Source of the DNA: a virus
Taxonomy: Duplodnaviria > Caudoviricetes
IMG/VR virus record: IMGVR_UViG_3300013109_000495
Location: 57,820 to 121,819 of that record
Strand: one strand, 5' to 3'
DNA: 64,000 nucleotides
Shown here: one piece after another, positions 29,488 through 39,889 of the stretch
How positions within the stretch are numbered: position 1 is the stretch's first letter
Layout: each line of letters starts with the position of its first letter
Program-made: the position numbers and the translations under genes
The notes under the pieces: generated by a model
What the model saw: only the letters and a program-made list of their open reading frames with translations
The model's database searches: none
Told to the model about the DNA's origin: nothing

Positions 29488-30303
29488 ATGATCTATTGCG
29501 TTAAAACTGACCGACATAACACAGAAAAATATATAGAAAGTGCTAGTAGAGGAATTCGTGGTTCAAAAATAGTACCGTACAACGAAGCAATACAATCTAA
29601 AGATTGTGAAAAAGTTGTATTCATGGGATTTTTACGAGGAGGTAATTTAGTATATAGATGGGCAGAACTAGTCGGTATAGATTTTTATTACATCGATCGA
29701 CCATATTGGGGTGAAAGTAGACGAACACCTTATTTTATGAGATGTACAAAAAATGCTCATGTAAAACTTTTTAATGACAATCGTCCCGACGACCGATTTA
29801 AAAAATCGTTTAAAAACCCAATACTACCATATCATAAAAATGGCAAATACATTTTAGTCATACCTCCTAGCCATTCAGTAGCACTTATGTTTGGTGCTCA
29901 GTCATGGTTAGATGACACATTAAAAATTTTAAAAGCAAATACCGATAGAGAAATTATTATAAGAGAAAAACCATACAACCCTAAATCATTTTTAGATAGT
30001 AAAGGTAAAATGATGCCTGGCAAAAGTGAAAATAAACAACCACAAAAGCCATTTGAATGGGATCAAGTTCATGCAGTTGTAACATTTAATTCATCAATTA
30101 CAATAAAAGCATTAACAAATGGAGTACCATGTTTTGCTAATTTTGAAAATCCGTGCCAACCAATATGTGAAATGGATTTCGCAAAAATCGAAACACCCAA
30201 ATATGAAGATAGAGAACCTGTATTTTATTCACTAGCTTATGGACAATTTACACAAGAAGAATTTAGAAATGGATACTACATGGAAATACTAGATGGATAT
30301 TGA
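29488..30303 (+). CDS. GT-B capsule-biosynthesis-like glycosyltransferase (paralog 2)
   Basis: IREKP, TFNSSITIKALTNGVP and SLAYGQFTQEE. Confidence 0.6.
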   Translation: MIYCVKTDRHNTEKYIESASRGIRGSKIVPYNEAIQSKDCEKVVFMGFLRGGNLVYRWAELVGIDFYYIDRPYWGESRRTPYFMRCTKNAHVKLFNDNRPDDRFKKSFKNPILPYHKNGKYILVIPPSHSVALMFGAQSWLDDTLKILKANTDREIIIREKPYNPKSFLDSKGKMMPGKSENKQPQKPFEWDQVHAVVTFNSSITIKALTNGVPCFANFENPCQPICEMDFAKIETPKYEDREPVFYSLAYGQFTQEEFRNGYYMEILDGY

Positions 30304-31276
30304 AATTTTTAGAAGAACAGTAAAAGACCGTAGACGCGGTGCTAGTTGGGAACTTCTACAACATATGGCCGAAGGTATTCGTGCTTGTGGAGATAATCCT
30401 ATTATAGTTAACGAACATAAAACTGGAGATTGGTCAGCTAACGAAATGGAACCTACTGCAAAAATTGGTTGTATGTTTGGCTATGGAGGTACAAATCAAA
30501 TGCATCATACTAAAGGACGTAGACGAGATTTAGTTGAACGTGCAAAGAAAAAAGGCATTTACATTATTACATTTGACGGTGGTATATTATCTAGTTTTGG
30601 AAATACAATAACAGATCCTAATCACCACTGGCGTGTAGCATTGTACTCTCCTATGAGAAATGGAAATTTTTTAAGTGATAATAGCCCGCCTGATAGGTGG
30701 GAACATATGAAAAAAATATGGAATATAAAATATGAACCATGGAGAAAATCTAATCCAGAAGATCCTATATTATTTGTATTACAACCAAAAGATAATTGGA
30801 GTATGAACGAATTAGATCCAATTGATTGGTTTAACGATGTATATAAAAAATTAAGACCTTTAACAAAAAGAAAATTTTTAGTACGTCCCCATCCAAATCA
30901 TATGGCGGCAATGGACAACAGAAAAGAAGAGTTTCCAAAAGATGTTGAAGTTATAATAGGACAAAAATTCTTTAGTGGCGACGAGAAAAAGTACTACAGA
31001 TTTAATTTTCAAAATGCATTAAATAATTGTCATGCTGTTATATCTCACAACTCTACTGCTACCATTGATTCCTGCATCCGTGGCGTCCCTACCTTTGTTA
31101 CATCAGATCTTGCTATTTGTTGGCCTGTTGCAAACACTGATCTTTTAAAAATAGAATCACCTATATATCCAGATAGAACACAATGGGTTTATGACTTAGG
31201 TTATAAACAATGGACAGAAGAAGAAATTAAAAATGGTACAGTGCTTAAACGTTTTAAAGAAAAATTAGGATTATAA
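30293..31276 (+). CDS. GT-B capsule-biosynthesis-like glycosyltransferase (paralog 3)
   Basis: [24 protein letters not shown] and [11 protein letters not shown]. Confidence 0.6.
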   Translation: MDIEIFRRTVKDRRRGASWELLQHMAEGIRACGDNPIIVNEHKTGDWSANEMEPTAKIGCMFGYGGTNQMHHTKGRRRDLVERAKKKGIYIITFDGGILSSFGNTITDPNHHWRVALYSPMRNGNFLSDNSPPDRWEHMKKIWNIKYEPWRKSNPEDPILFVLQPKDNWSMNELDPIDWFNDVYKKLRPLTKRKFLVRPHPNHMAAMDNRKEEFPKDVEVIIGQKFFSGDEKKYYRFNFQNALNNCHAVISHNSTATIDSCIRGVPTFVTSDLAICWPVANTDLLKIESPIYPDRTQWVYDLGYKQWTEEEIKNGTVLKRFKEKLGL

Positions 31277-31611
31277 TGACTTATATTATTAACGACAAAT
31301 GTATTAAATGTAAACTAATGGATTGTGTAGAAGTATGTCCTGTCGATTGTTTCTACGAAGGAGAGAATATGTTGGCCATTAATCCCAACGAGTGTATAGA
31401 CTGTGGGGTATGTGAACCTGAATGTCCAATAGATGCAATAGAACCAGATACTAATGAAGATGCAAGTAGCTGGGTTGACCATAATCAAAAATATAGTGAA
31501 ATATGGCCACGAATTACTAAAAAAGGAAAGCCGCCCGAAGATGAAGCAAAATGGCGAGACGTTCCGGATAAGTTTAAACACTTTAGTGAAAAACCCGGAC
31601 AAGGAAGTTAA
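31276..31611 (+). CDS. fdxA: 7Fe-type ferredoxin
   Basis: [21 protein letters not shown] and [12 protein letters not shown], with an alphaproteobacterial-type C-terminal extension. Confidence 0.93.
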   Translation: MTYIINDKCIKCKLMDCVEVCPVDCFYEGENMLAINPNECIDCGVCEPECPIDAIEPDTNEDASSWVDHNQKYSEIWPRITKKGKPPEDEAKWRDVPDKFKHFSEKPGQGS

Positions 31612-31613
31612 TA

Positions 31614-33338
31614 ATGTGTGGAATATACGGCATAACTGAAAAAAATTATGGATTTATAAATCAATATATTCAAATATGTAAACATCGAGGACCAAACGGA
31701 GAAGGTATTTGGAATGATGATGATGTTACTTTAGGACATAATCTTTTAAGCATCATGGCTGAACCAAATAAATCTACACAACCTTGGATAACACCTAAAG
31801 GAAATATACTTGTATACAACGGAGAAATTTTTAATTACTACGAACTTAAAGCAAAATACAAACAATTTATAGACACTACAGGTTGCGATACCGAACTACT
31901 TGCTTGGGGATTAGATAACTTTGATTTAAATTTTATAGACGAAATTGATTCTATGCATGGCTTTGCATATTACAACATAAAGAAAAAAGAAATTATTCTT
32001 AGCAGAGACCATGCAGGAATTAAACCTGTATTCTATGCTGAAATAAAACAAGGATTAGTGTTTGGTTCTGAAATAAAAGGTATGTTGAGTAAAGTACCTA
32101 ATGCAAGAAAAATGGATAAACTTGCTCTTAGTTTCATGAGTAGAACCGGAATTAATGCTTTGCGTAATACTTTCTTTACAGGAATTAAAAAATTACTTGC
32201 CGGAGAAACAATTGTATATGACATTACAAATAAAAAAATAAAACAACGACATCGAATATTTGTAAAACCAAACAGCAATAAAAAATTTAATCCCAACGAA
32301 TTTAGACAAATGGCACATAAAACAGTAAAAATGTGTAGTATCGGACGAAGAAAAATTGGTGTATTTTTAAGTGGTGGACTGGATTCTAGTTTAGTTGCAT
32401 ACGAATTAGGAAAAGTAAAAGATAAAGTTAATTCATTTACAAACAAAATGTATCCAAATGTTAAAGTAGATGAAGATTATAATGAAGATGCAAATTGTGC
32501 CTTAATACTTGCAAAAAAAGAAAACTTTAACCACGTCGAGATACAAATTACTCCTGAAAATTTTATGGAGTCATGGGATGATTCAATATACTATATGGAA
32601 CAACCTGTTTATAATCCAAGTATGTCTATGTATTGTTATACAAATAAATTTTTATCTAATAACGGTATTGTAGTAACCATGGCAGGTGATATGGGAGATG
32701 AAATACTTGCAGGATATCCAAAATATTGGAAAATGAAAAAAATATTAAATTCACTATCGTCTTGGGACGACATTTTAAAACACTGGTTAAAAAGAATTAA
32801 AAGACCATTACAATTAACTGATACACCAGTTAATGATGAAGAATTACTTGCTGAATTTAAAAAATGTTATAGCGGAGAATTGTGGAATCCTGACGATCCT
32901 ATTGCATCTTATATGGCTTTAGATTGTGTTGCACAAGTTCCAGAAGAAATGTTTAATCGAAATGACAAGTATGGAATGGCATATAGTATGGAAGGTAGGT
33001 TTCCTCTTGCTACAAAATTATTCATGCAATATTGTTTGGACATTCCGTCTACAATAAAAATGGGTGTAGACAAAAGCGATACAAAAATTTTAACAAAAAT
33101 TGCATATAAAGGACTTATGCCTGACGCAATAATTAATAAAGGAAAAACCGGATGGACGGTACCTGTAGGACACTGGTTAACAACAAATGTTAATGAGAAC
33201 CTTAAAAGTTTTTATGTAAATGCTATTGGGGACAACAGTAAATTAAATATTATTAAAGCAAGTCAAAAAGCTGGAAAGGCGATTGTACCTGCATGGATAG
33301 TTAAAGACTGGATTAAAAAATACAAAATGTATTTTTAA
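31614..33338 (+). CDS. Asparagine-synthase-family glutamine amidotransferase
   Basis: MCGI (Ntn Cys), HRGP, NGEIFN, RDHAGIKP, LSGGLDSS and GDMGDE. Confidence 0.9.
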   Translation: MCGIYGITEKNYGFINQYIQICKHRGPNGEGIWNDDDVTLGHNLLSIMAEPNKSTQPWITPKGNILVYNGEIFNYYELKAKYKQFIDTTGCDTELLAWGLDNFDLNFIDEIDSMHGFAYYNIKKKEIILSRDHAGIKPVFYAEIKQGLVFGSEIKGMLSKVPNARKMDKLALSFMSRTGINALRNTFFTGIKKLLAGETIVYDITNKKIKQRHRIFVKPNSNKKFNPNEFRQMAHKTVKMCSIGRRKIGVFLSGGLDSSLVAYELGKVKDKVNSFTNKMYPNVKVDEDYNEDANCALILAKKENFNHVEIQITPENFMESWDDSIYYMEQPVYNPSMSMYCYTNKFLSNNGIVVTMAGDMGDEILAGYPKYWKMKKILNSLSSWDDILKHWLKRIKRPLQLTDTPVNDEELLAEFKKCYSGELWNPDDPIASYMALDCVAQVPEEMFNRNDKYGMAYSMEGRFPLATKLFMQYCLDIPSTIKMGVDKSDTKILTKIAYKGLMPDAIINKGKTGWTVPVGHWLTTNVNENLKSFYVNAIGDNSKLNIIKASQKAGKAIVPAWIVKDWIKKYKMYF

Positions 33339-33350
33339 TTAAATATTTTT

Positions 33351-34244
33351 ATGAAAATTAAAATAATCACATCATACAAACCAGGTACCTGGGATTCGTT
33401 TTCTAAAAGAGGAATTGAATCCATGGCAAAACATTTACCTAAAAACGTTGATATTGTTGTATACAACGAAGAACCAAAACCCGATTATAATTCAGATAGA
33501 ATTAAATGGATTGACTTGAATACTGCTGAACCAGAACTATTTAAATTTAAAAATAAACATAAGAACGATCCTGTTGCTTGTGGAGAAACTACACCAATTG
33601 AAGGTGGCGTAAGACGTCTACCTAATGCTGGAGGTAGGGATAGAGGTAAAGGCTCGTACTTATGGGACGCTGTAAGATTTTCAAATAAAGTATTTTGTGT
33701 TATTAATGCTGTAAAAAATTCGCCAGAATATGATTATGTTGTATGGATAGATGCTGACACATATACATTTAGACCAATGCCAATTAAATTTTTAGAAACC
33801 CTATTACCTATAGACACAATGCTAACTTACCTAGGACGAGAAAGATTTGAATTAAAAGACGGAGGCAAATATCCAGAATGTGGATTTGTTGGATACAATT
33901 TACGACATCCTGAAGTACAAAACTTTGTTAACGAATGGGAACAACTGTACACTACTAACAATGTTTTTAAATTGTTAGAATGGCACGACTCTTTTATACT
34001 TTGGCACCTTGCTAAAAAATTTAAAAAAGAAAAAAATATCAAAATAAACGATATTGGCTATGCTAAAGGAGTAAAAGGACATCATGTTTTTGTTAACAGT
34101 GAACTTGGCTTATACATGGACCACATGAAAGGCAAACGAAAACAACGCGGAACATCTGCCAAAAATGATTTACGTCCTCCTAGACCTGACGCTCCTGCTG
34201 ACGTTTCAAAAATTGACTATTGGAAAGAGAGACCAGCATCATGA
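33351..34244 (+). CDS. GT-A glycosyltransferase-like
   Basis: RFSNKVF, WIDAD (DxD), ECGF, WHDS and HMKG. Confidence 0.65.
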   Translation: MKIKIITSYKPGTWDSFSKRGIESMAKHLPKNVDIVVYNEEPKPDYNSDRIKWIDLNTAEPELFKFKNKHKNDPVACGETTPIEGGVRRLPNAGGRDRGKGSYLWDAVRFSNKVFCVINAVKNSPEYDYVVWIDADTYTFRPMPIKFLETLLPIDTMLTYLGRERFELKDGGKYPECGFVGYNLRHPEVQNFVNEWEQLYTTNNVFKLLEWHDSFILWHLAKKFKKEKNIKINDIGYAKGVKGHHVFVNSELGLYMDHMKGKRKQRGTSAKNDLRPPRPDAPADVSKIDYWKERPAS

Positions 34245-35113
34245 AAATAAGCGTATTTCAAAAATATGGACCATTAAATTCTAAACCTATTCTTGATGCT
34301 TTTATAAAAAGTTTAAAAGATACTAATGAAGAAGTATTAATTAATGACGAAGGAAATTCTGATGTTGCAGTAATTTGGTCTGTATTATGGCGTGGAAGGA
34401 TGCATAGCAATAAAAGAATATGGGATAAATTCAAACAACAAAACAAACCAATTATTGTTTTGGAAGTTGGCGGACTACAAAGAAACGGAACTTTTAAAAT
34501 TGGTATTAATGGTATTAACAGAGATGCAGATTTTGTTAATCAAGAAGTAGATGATAAACGTTGGCCTTTATTTAAAAAAGAATTAAAACCATGGAATCAA
34601 ACAGGAGATAAAATTATAATATGTGGACAACATGATGCAAGTGAACAATGGAAAGGCCTTCCACGAATGCAAATGTGGATTGAGCAACAAATAAAAGAAA
34701 TAAGAAAGCATACTACACGTCCTATAATAGTACGACCACATCCTCGAAATCCATTTAATATCGACAGAGACAAATATCAAAATGTAAAAATAAGACAACC
34801 TAAAAGAGACTGGGCAACAATTGATGATACTGATTTTAGATCAACATTAAATGATGCTTGGGCAGTTATAAATCACTCATCTAATCCTGCAATGGAGGCT
34901 GTATTCGCAGGCATTCCTGTTTTTGTATCTAAATCCAGTTTATGTTATGAAGTTGGTAATGCAGAATTAAATGCAATTAATAATCCTGTAATGCCAAATA
35001 GAGAAGCATGGGCAAATAAATTAGCATATACCGAATGGTGGCCTAAAGAAATAAATGCTGGTATACCATGGCGTAGAATTAAAAAACGTTTAGAAGAAAA
35101 ATATTTAATATGA
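34241..35113 (+). CDS. GT-B capsule-biosynthesis-like glycosyltransferase (paralog 4)
   Basis: VRPHP, NHSSNPAMEAVFAGIP and KLAYTEW; ATGA overlap start. Confidence 0.6.
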   Translation: MKISVFQKYGPLNSKPILDAFIKSLKDTNEEVLINDEGNSDVAVIWSVLWRGRMHSNKRIWDKFKQQNKPIIVLEVGGLQRNGTFKIGINGINRDADFVNQEVDDKRWPLFKKELKPWNQTGDKIIICGQHDASEQWKGLPRMQMWIEQQIKEIRKHTTRPIIVRPHPRNPFNIDRDKYQNVKIRQPKRDWATIDDTDFRSTLNDAWAVINHSSNPAMEAVFAGIPVFVSKSSLCYEVGNAELNAINNPVMPNREAWANKLAYTEWWPKEINAGIPWRRIKKRLEEKYLI

Positions 35114-35862
35114 CTATTCAACCGGATCAATTAGAAAAAGAAATTAAATGGGAACCTTATGCTGGCGAAACAGTTAATACTAATCTCATAATTCGTGGTG
35201 GGAAAAAATATCAAGAAACTGCATTTTACAAAGATAGAGTTAAAGCCATACCTCGAGGTAATGCCTATATTATAGGAAACGGTCCATCACGAAAAGATTT
35301 TGATTTAAACACACTTAAAGCAACAGGACAAACTTATGGTTGTAATGCTTTATACCGAGACTTCATCCCTGATTATATTTTTTCTGTTGACGCAAAAATG
35401 ACTGCTAAAATGATAAAGGATAAAGTTTATGAAAAATGTATTCACTATGCACCGGCTTTAGAAGTTAACAGATATCCAAAAGGCGGGCCTTCGTTATTAC
35501 ATTTAATTCCAAACAACCCACACTGGATTTCAGGTAATGCCGCATTCTGGACCGCAGGAGTTCATGGACACAAAAATATATATCTTATTGGTTTTGATTT
35601 TAAAGAATACGGAAAAGATCAGCTGAACAACATTTATCAAGATACTGAAAACTATGGACCACGACACGATCATAAAATATTTGAGGCATGGCTTAAACAA
35701 TTTAGAGATTATTTAAAAATGAGACCTTATTGTAATTTCTTTGTAGTACATGACGATCCGCCCGACTACCTTAACTATCTTCAAACGGGTACTGATTTAA
35801 AAAATTCTAAACTAATAACTTACAAAGAATTTACTGATACAGTCTTAAACCGTGCAATTTAA
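35110..35862 (+). CDS. Maf/sialyltransferase-like (DUF115-type) protein
   Basis: IIGNGPS, GCNA, SG..A and IYLIGFD. Confidence 0.6.
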   Translation: MTIQPDQLEKEIKWEPYAGETVNTNLIIRGGKKYQETAFYKDRVKAIPRGNAYIIGNGPSRKDFDLNTLKATGQTYGCNALYRDFIPDYIFSVDAKMTAKMIKDKVYEKCIHYAPALEVNRYPKGGPSLLHLIPNNPHWISGNAAFWTAGVHGHKNIYLIGFDFKEYGKDQLNNIYQDTENYGPRHDHKIFEAWLKQFRDYLKMRPYCNFFVVHDDPPDYLNYLQTGTDLKNSKLITYKEFTDTVLNRAI

Positions 35863-36295
35863 AATAGTTTCTCCAACTATAAAAATTAGAATTGTGATTT
35901 GAGTATGGATCTTTCCATACTTGCATTTGATATAAATGTACCATTTCATGTGCAAGAGTTTCAATAAAATCTTTCCATTTAGGAAATTTGTTGTGTAATT
36001 CTATTTTATATTTGATAGGAACGTGATACGGAATTATTTTTTGATTAAATCTTCCTGCTCTACATTTTCTATTATCCCAGTCCGCAATACATAATCCCCA
36101 ATCAAATTTCATGGAACGTACAGTAATTTCTGGCTCAATTAAGTTACCACCAAACATACCTCTATTCAATATTCTAAACCAACTCTGACATTGTTCAATT
36201 GTTGGCATAAATTTTTTAACATTTTTACGTTTTTCCAAGGCTTTTTTAACTCTAAGTCTTAGTGTTTTATTACGTTTTTGTACTGTTCTTTTCAT
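35831..36295 (-). CDS. SprT-like zinc metalloprotease
   Basis: TLAHEMVHLYQ...H..F. Confidence 0.8.
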   Translation of the reverse strand: MKRTVQKRNKTLRLRVKKALEKRKNVKKFMPTIEQCQSWFRILNRGMFGGNLIEPEITVRSMKFDWGLCIADWDNRKCRAGRFNQKIIPYHVPIKYKIELHNKFPKWKDFIETLAHEMVHLYQMQVWKDPYSNHNSNFYSWRNYFKLHGLRLYQ

Positions 36296-36298
36296 AGG

Positions 36299-36327
36299 TT
36301 GACCGTTTTTACCAAGTATGTTATACT
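36299..36327 (+). promoter_or_regulatory. sigma70-like promoter for the replication block
   Basis: TTGACC-17-TATACT with extended TG. Confidence 0.65.
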
Positions 36328-36338
36328 AGTATTTAATC

Positions 36339-37700
36339 ATGAATATGCCAGAATTAACACCCGTTGAAACGCCAAAAACAATTAACGAAGCGATCAATAT
36401 ATTAGCATATAACGATTATTTTTACCGACAAGACCCAAACGATCCAAAAACACACGTTAACCCACATCCAAAAGATAAAGAGACTGTACGTTCTTTAGCT
36501 GAGTCACAATATCCGTGGACTGAAAAACAGGGTAAATTAGCCGTAATAATCTTAAAAAGATACCTAACAAAATTTCAAAAATTTAAATTAGACATTAAAG
36601 AATTATTAGATGCTCCAATATATAAAGACCCTTTCCGTAAAATAGATTTTGAAAAAAGTATAGAAAAATATATTAACGAAAACGAAGAACCTAAGATTGA
36701 TTTAAAATTTCCCTACAACAAAAAACTTGTAACACTTATAAGATGTTTAAAAGATAAAAAAGGTTTACCAATGGGCTTTACTCATTATAATGGTGAATCT
36801 AAAGTTTGGTCTTTTAAACAAACAGATCTTACAACATATTATCTTACACTAATTGCTATACGTTATGATTTTAAATTTATTGACGTTACATTATTGGATG
36901 ATTACGATGAAGTTAAAAAAGAAATTGAACCATATAAACAGCCATCGGCAAACTTAATTGCAGGAGAAATTGTATTGAACAATGCTCCAGACTCTTTGCT
37001 AGAATATTGGAATAAAAATTTAAAAAATAAAAAACCTTTAATACAACTCGATGCTCTTAAAAACTTATGTATATCTACACGTTGTATAGATATTAAGGCT
37101 GACACTATACTTGGTAAAAAAATTGCACATAATAATTCTAATAAACTTTGGCTAAACAAAAAAGAATACAGCAAGAATGAAGTTATTGCAGGACTCATAG
37201 AATTAGACTGTTTTCCAATTATAATGCCGGTAACAGGCGAAATAAACACACTGGAAGACATAAAAGAATATTGGAGTTGGATAAATGCATTTGAACGCAG
37301 TGGCATAAACATATTAAAACAACTTTCGTTTGGCTTTGAAATTAAAGAACCTGTAAGAGAAAATAAAGTTATTGCTAGTGACTTTGGAAATATTTTTCCA
37401 GTTGACAAACTAGATGACGAAAATTTTGGAAACTTATTTGAATTACATCAAATGAGTAAACAATTTAAATACATTGACAATACTACTAAAGTAATTTTTG
37501 TAAGAAATAGAATACCACGAACATTAATAAAATCTAAAATTAAACCACGTGCTTCGTTAGTTACATTAGGTGGTGGGTTTTTCTCAGGAGGTAATGATAA
37601 TCTTAAAAGATTTCTTGAAAATTTACCTAAAAAGTTGTATTATAGTGATAGTCAACCATCCAACTGGGATTGGAATGACAAAATTATAATAAAGCTATGA
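36339..37700 (+). CDS. Hypothetical protein
   Basis: 453-aa ORF coupled to uvsW. Confidence 0.6.
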   Translation: MNMPELTPVETPKTINEAINILAYNDYFYRQDPNDPKTHVNPHPKDKETVRSLAESQYPWTEKQGKLAVIILKRYLTKFQKFKLDIKELLDAPIYKDPFRKIDFEKSIEKYINENEEPKIDLKFPYNKKLVTLIRCLKDKKGLPMGFTHYNGESKVWSFKQTDLTTYYLTLIAIRYDFKFIDVTLLDDYDEVKKEIEPYKQPSANLIAGEIVLNNAPDSLLEYWNKNLKNKKPLIQLDALKNLCISTRCIDIKADTILGKKIAHNNSNKLWLNKKEYSKNEVIAGLIELDCFPIIMPVTGEINTLEDIKEYWSWINAFERSGINILKQLSFGFEIKEPVRENKVIASDFGNIFPVDKLDDENFGNLFELHQMSKQFKYIDNTTKVIFVRNRIPRTLIKSKIKPRASLVTLGGGFFSGGNDNLKRFLENLPKKLYYSDSQPSNWDWNDKIIIKL

Positions 37701-39151
37701 GTTCATGTAAATTGGTAATTAAAGATGAAGTTAATGTTAAATTTGAAAATTTAGATTTAAAGTGGCGTCAAAAACTTTCTAATAAATTTAAATATCAAGT
37801 TCCTTATGCTTATCATTTGCCGGCTGTAAAGCTAGGTAGATGGGACGGCAAGATAAGTTTTTTTAGTTTAGGTGGCACTACATATCTTAACCTAGTAGAC
37901 CAAATACTTCCAATACTTGAAGCAGGTGGAGTATATGTTGAACTTGACGATAAAAGAACAAAACATAATTTTGAATTTAAATTAATAGATAAAAATTATC
38001 TATCAGATATAACATGGCCAGACAATCATCCTTGTGCTGGACAACCAATTGTTTTACGTGACTACCAAGTAGAAACAATTAATAAATTTTTAGAAGCACC
38101 ACAAAGCCTACAAGAAATTGCCACTGGTGCAGGTAAAACAATTATTACTGCCGCACTTTGTAAGTTAGTTGAACCTTATGGACGTACACTAACAATTGTA
38201 CCTAATAAAAGTTTAGTAACACAAACAGAAGAGGATTTTCTTGCGTGTAATTTAGATACAGGAGTTTATTTTGGTGACAGAAAAGAAGTAGGTAGATATA
38301 ATACAATTGCAACCTGGCAATCAATTAATGTTCTTGAGAAAAAAGATAAAATAGAATTTAAAGAAGTAATGCAAGGAATTCAAACAATAATAGTTGACGA
38401 GGTACATATGGCAAAAGCAGATGTACTAAAAAGATTACTAACAGGAGCATTTGCAAATGCAGGTATACGTTGGGGATTAACAGGAACAATACCAAAAGAA
38501 GATTATGAATTTTACGGAATAAAATGTTCTTTAGGAGACGTAACACATAGAATTCCTGCAAAGGAATTACAAGACAAAGGTGTATTGGCTAAATGTCATG
38601 TTAATGTTTTACAAACACAAGACCATCCAATGTTTAAAAGTTACCCAGAAGAATTAAAATGGCTTACAACTGATGATACTAGAATAACTTGGGTAGCACA
38701 AACAATTAGTGATATTGCAAGTTCAGGCAACACACTTATATTAGTCGATAGAATTTCTGCTGGGAATTTACTTGAAACGAAAATAAAAGATTCAGTTTTT
38801 ATATCCGGAGCAACTAAAACATTAGACAGAAAGGAACATTATGATGAAGTGTCTATTGCAAAAAGTAAAATTATTATAGCAACATACGGAGTTGCTAGTG
38901 TTGGAATTAATATTCCTAGGATATTCAATCTTGTTCTTATTGAGCCTGGTAAATCCTTTGTACGTGTAATACAAAGTATAGGACGAGGCATTCGTAAAGC
39001 AGAAGACAAGGATCATGTACAAATTTGGGATATAACTAGTAGTTGTAAGTTTGCAAAAAGACATTTAACCCAAAGGAAAAAGTTTTACAAAGAGGCAAAT
39101 TATCCGTATACTATAGAAAAAATAGATTATGAAAATCCTTACATTAGATAA
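37697..39151 (+). CDS. uvsW: SF2 helicase
   Basis: LRDYQ, ATGAGKT, DEVH, LTGT and QSIGRGIR. Confidence 0.9.
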   Translation: MSSCKLVIKDEVNVKFENLDLKWRQKLSNKFKYQVPYAYHLPAVKLGRWDGKISFFSLGGTTYLNLVDQILPILEAGGVYVELDDKRTKHNFEFKLIDKNYLSDITWPDNHPCAGQPIVLRDYQVETINKFLEAPQSLQEIATGAGKTIITAALCKLVEPYGRTLTIVPNKSLVTQTEEDFLACNLDTGVYFGDRKEVGRYNTIATWQSINVLEKKDKIEFKEVMQGIQTIIVDEVHMAKADVLKRLLTGAFANAGIRWGLTGTIPKEDYEFYGIKCSLGDVTHRIPAKELQDKGVLAKCHVNVLQTQDHPMFKSYPEELKWLTTDDTRITWVAQTISDIASSGNTLILVDRISAGNLLETKIKDSVFISGATKTLDRKEHYDEVSIAKSKIIIATYGVASVGINIPRIFNLVLIEPGKSFVRVIQSIGRGIRKAEDKDHVQIWDITSSCKFAKRHLTQRKKFYKEANYPYTIEKIDYENPYIR

Positions 39152-39632
39152 TCGAACATATGCGTTAGAAAAAATCCCGGAATGGGTCGATGAAAAATTA
39201 AGATTTGCAGTATTAGATAATTCAAACCCAGAAGAGCCCGATTTCTTTTACATACCTTTAATATTTTTAGAATCATTTAATGCTCCTGCGGCAGTATTAC
39301 AAATAGGTGATCACAAAATAAAAATGCCATTAGATTGGAAAATGTTAATAGGAGAACAAGGACAACCCGAAATGCACGTACTACCAATTACAAGTTTAAA
39401 TGATAGAGGCTTTGATGCATTTACATTTAATCCTTTATCTAGTAGTAAACCCGATTTCTATCCAATTGATGTTATTGATATCTACACTGAAGTAAAATGG
39501 TACTTTCCTAAAATGAAATCAGGACAACTACTTGCGGTACCATTACAAAATGGCAAAAAACCTATATGTGCTTATTTTGTAAAAGATATTTCAAGACAAT
39601 GTGAACAAATTGATTATGGCTCAGTATGGTAA
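39129..39632 (+). CDS. Hypothetical protein, possible inactive Hint-fold
   Basis: Beta-strand pattern parallels intein blocks; no catalytic residues. See findings. Confidence 0.45.
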   Translation: MKILTLDNRTYALEKIPEWVDEKLRFAVLDNSNPEEPDFFYIPLIFLESFNAPAAVLQIGDHKIKMPLDWKMLIGEQGQPEMHVLPITSLNDRGFDAFTFNPLSSSKPDFYPIDVIDIYTEVKWYFPKMKSGQLLAVPLQNGKKPICAYFVKDISRQCEQIDYGSVW

Positions 39633-39889
39633 AAGGAACTAAGGTAAAAATAAAAGCACCGTTCATGGATATACCTGTAGGTGAAGGAGGTAAAGAATTA
39701 CCAATACTAATGGATAGAAATTTTATGAACAACCTTATGGAGTACATACAAAAAAAAGAATTAAAAATGATTCATTGTGATGTTGTAAAACATCATGTAG
39801 TATTAGAGTTTATAGATAAACTTGAAGCAACAAGATTTGCATTAGGATACGCAGAAATATATGCCAAAACAGAACCGGAAATTTTTTGA
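39626..39889 (+). CDS. Hypothetical protein
   Basis: Overlapping operon position. Confidence 0.5.
   Translation: MVKGTKVKIKAPFMDIPVGEGGKELPILMDRNFMNNLMEYIQKKELKMIHCDVVKHHVVLEFIDKLEATRFALGYAEIYAKTEPEIF

Noticed and set aside
31614-33338. Lasso-peptide cyclase
   Set aside because: It retains the N-terminal Cys glutaminase domain and sits among glycosyltransferases; a sugar amidotransferase fits better.
22510-35862. Host chromosomal LPS locus or prophage boundary
   Set aside because: It is flanked by phage core genes, uses the same TAAATA boxes, and has no integrase, att site or housekeeping genes.
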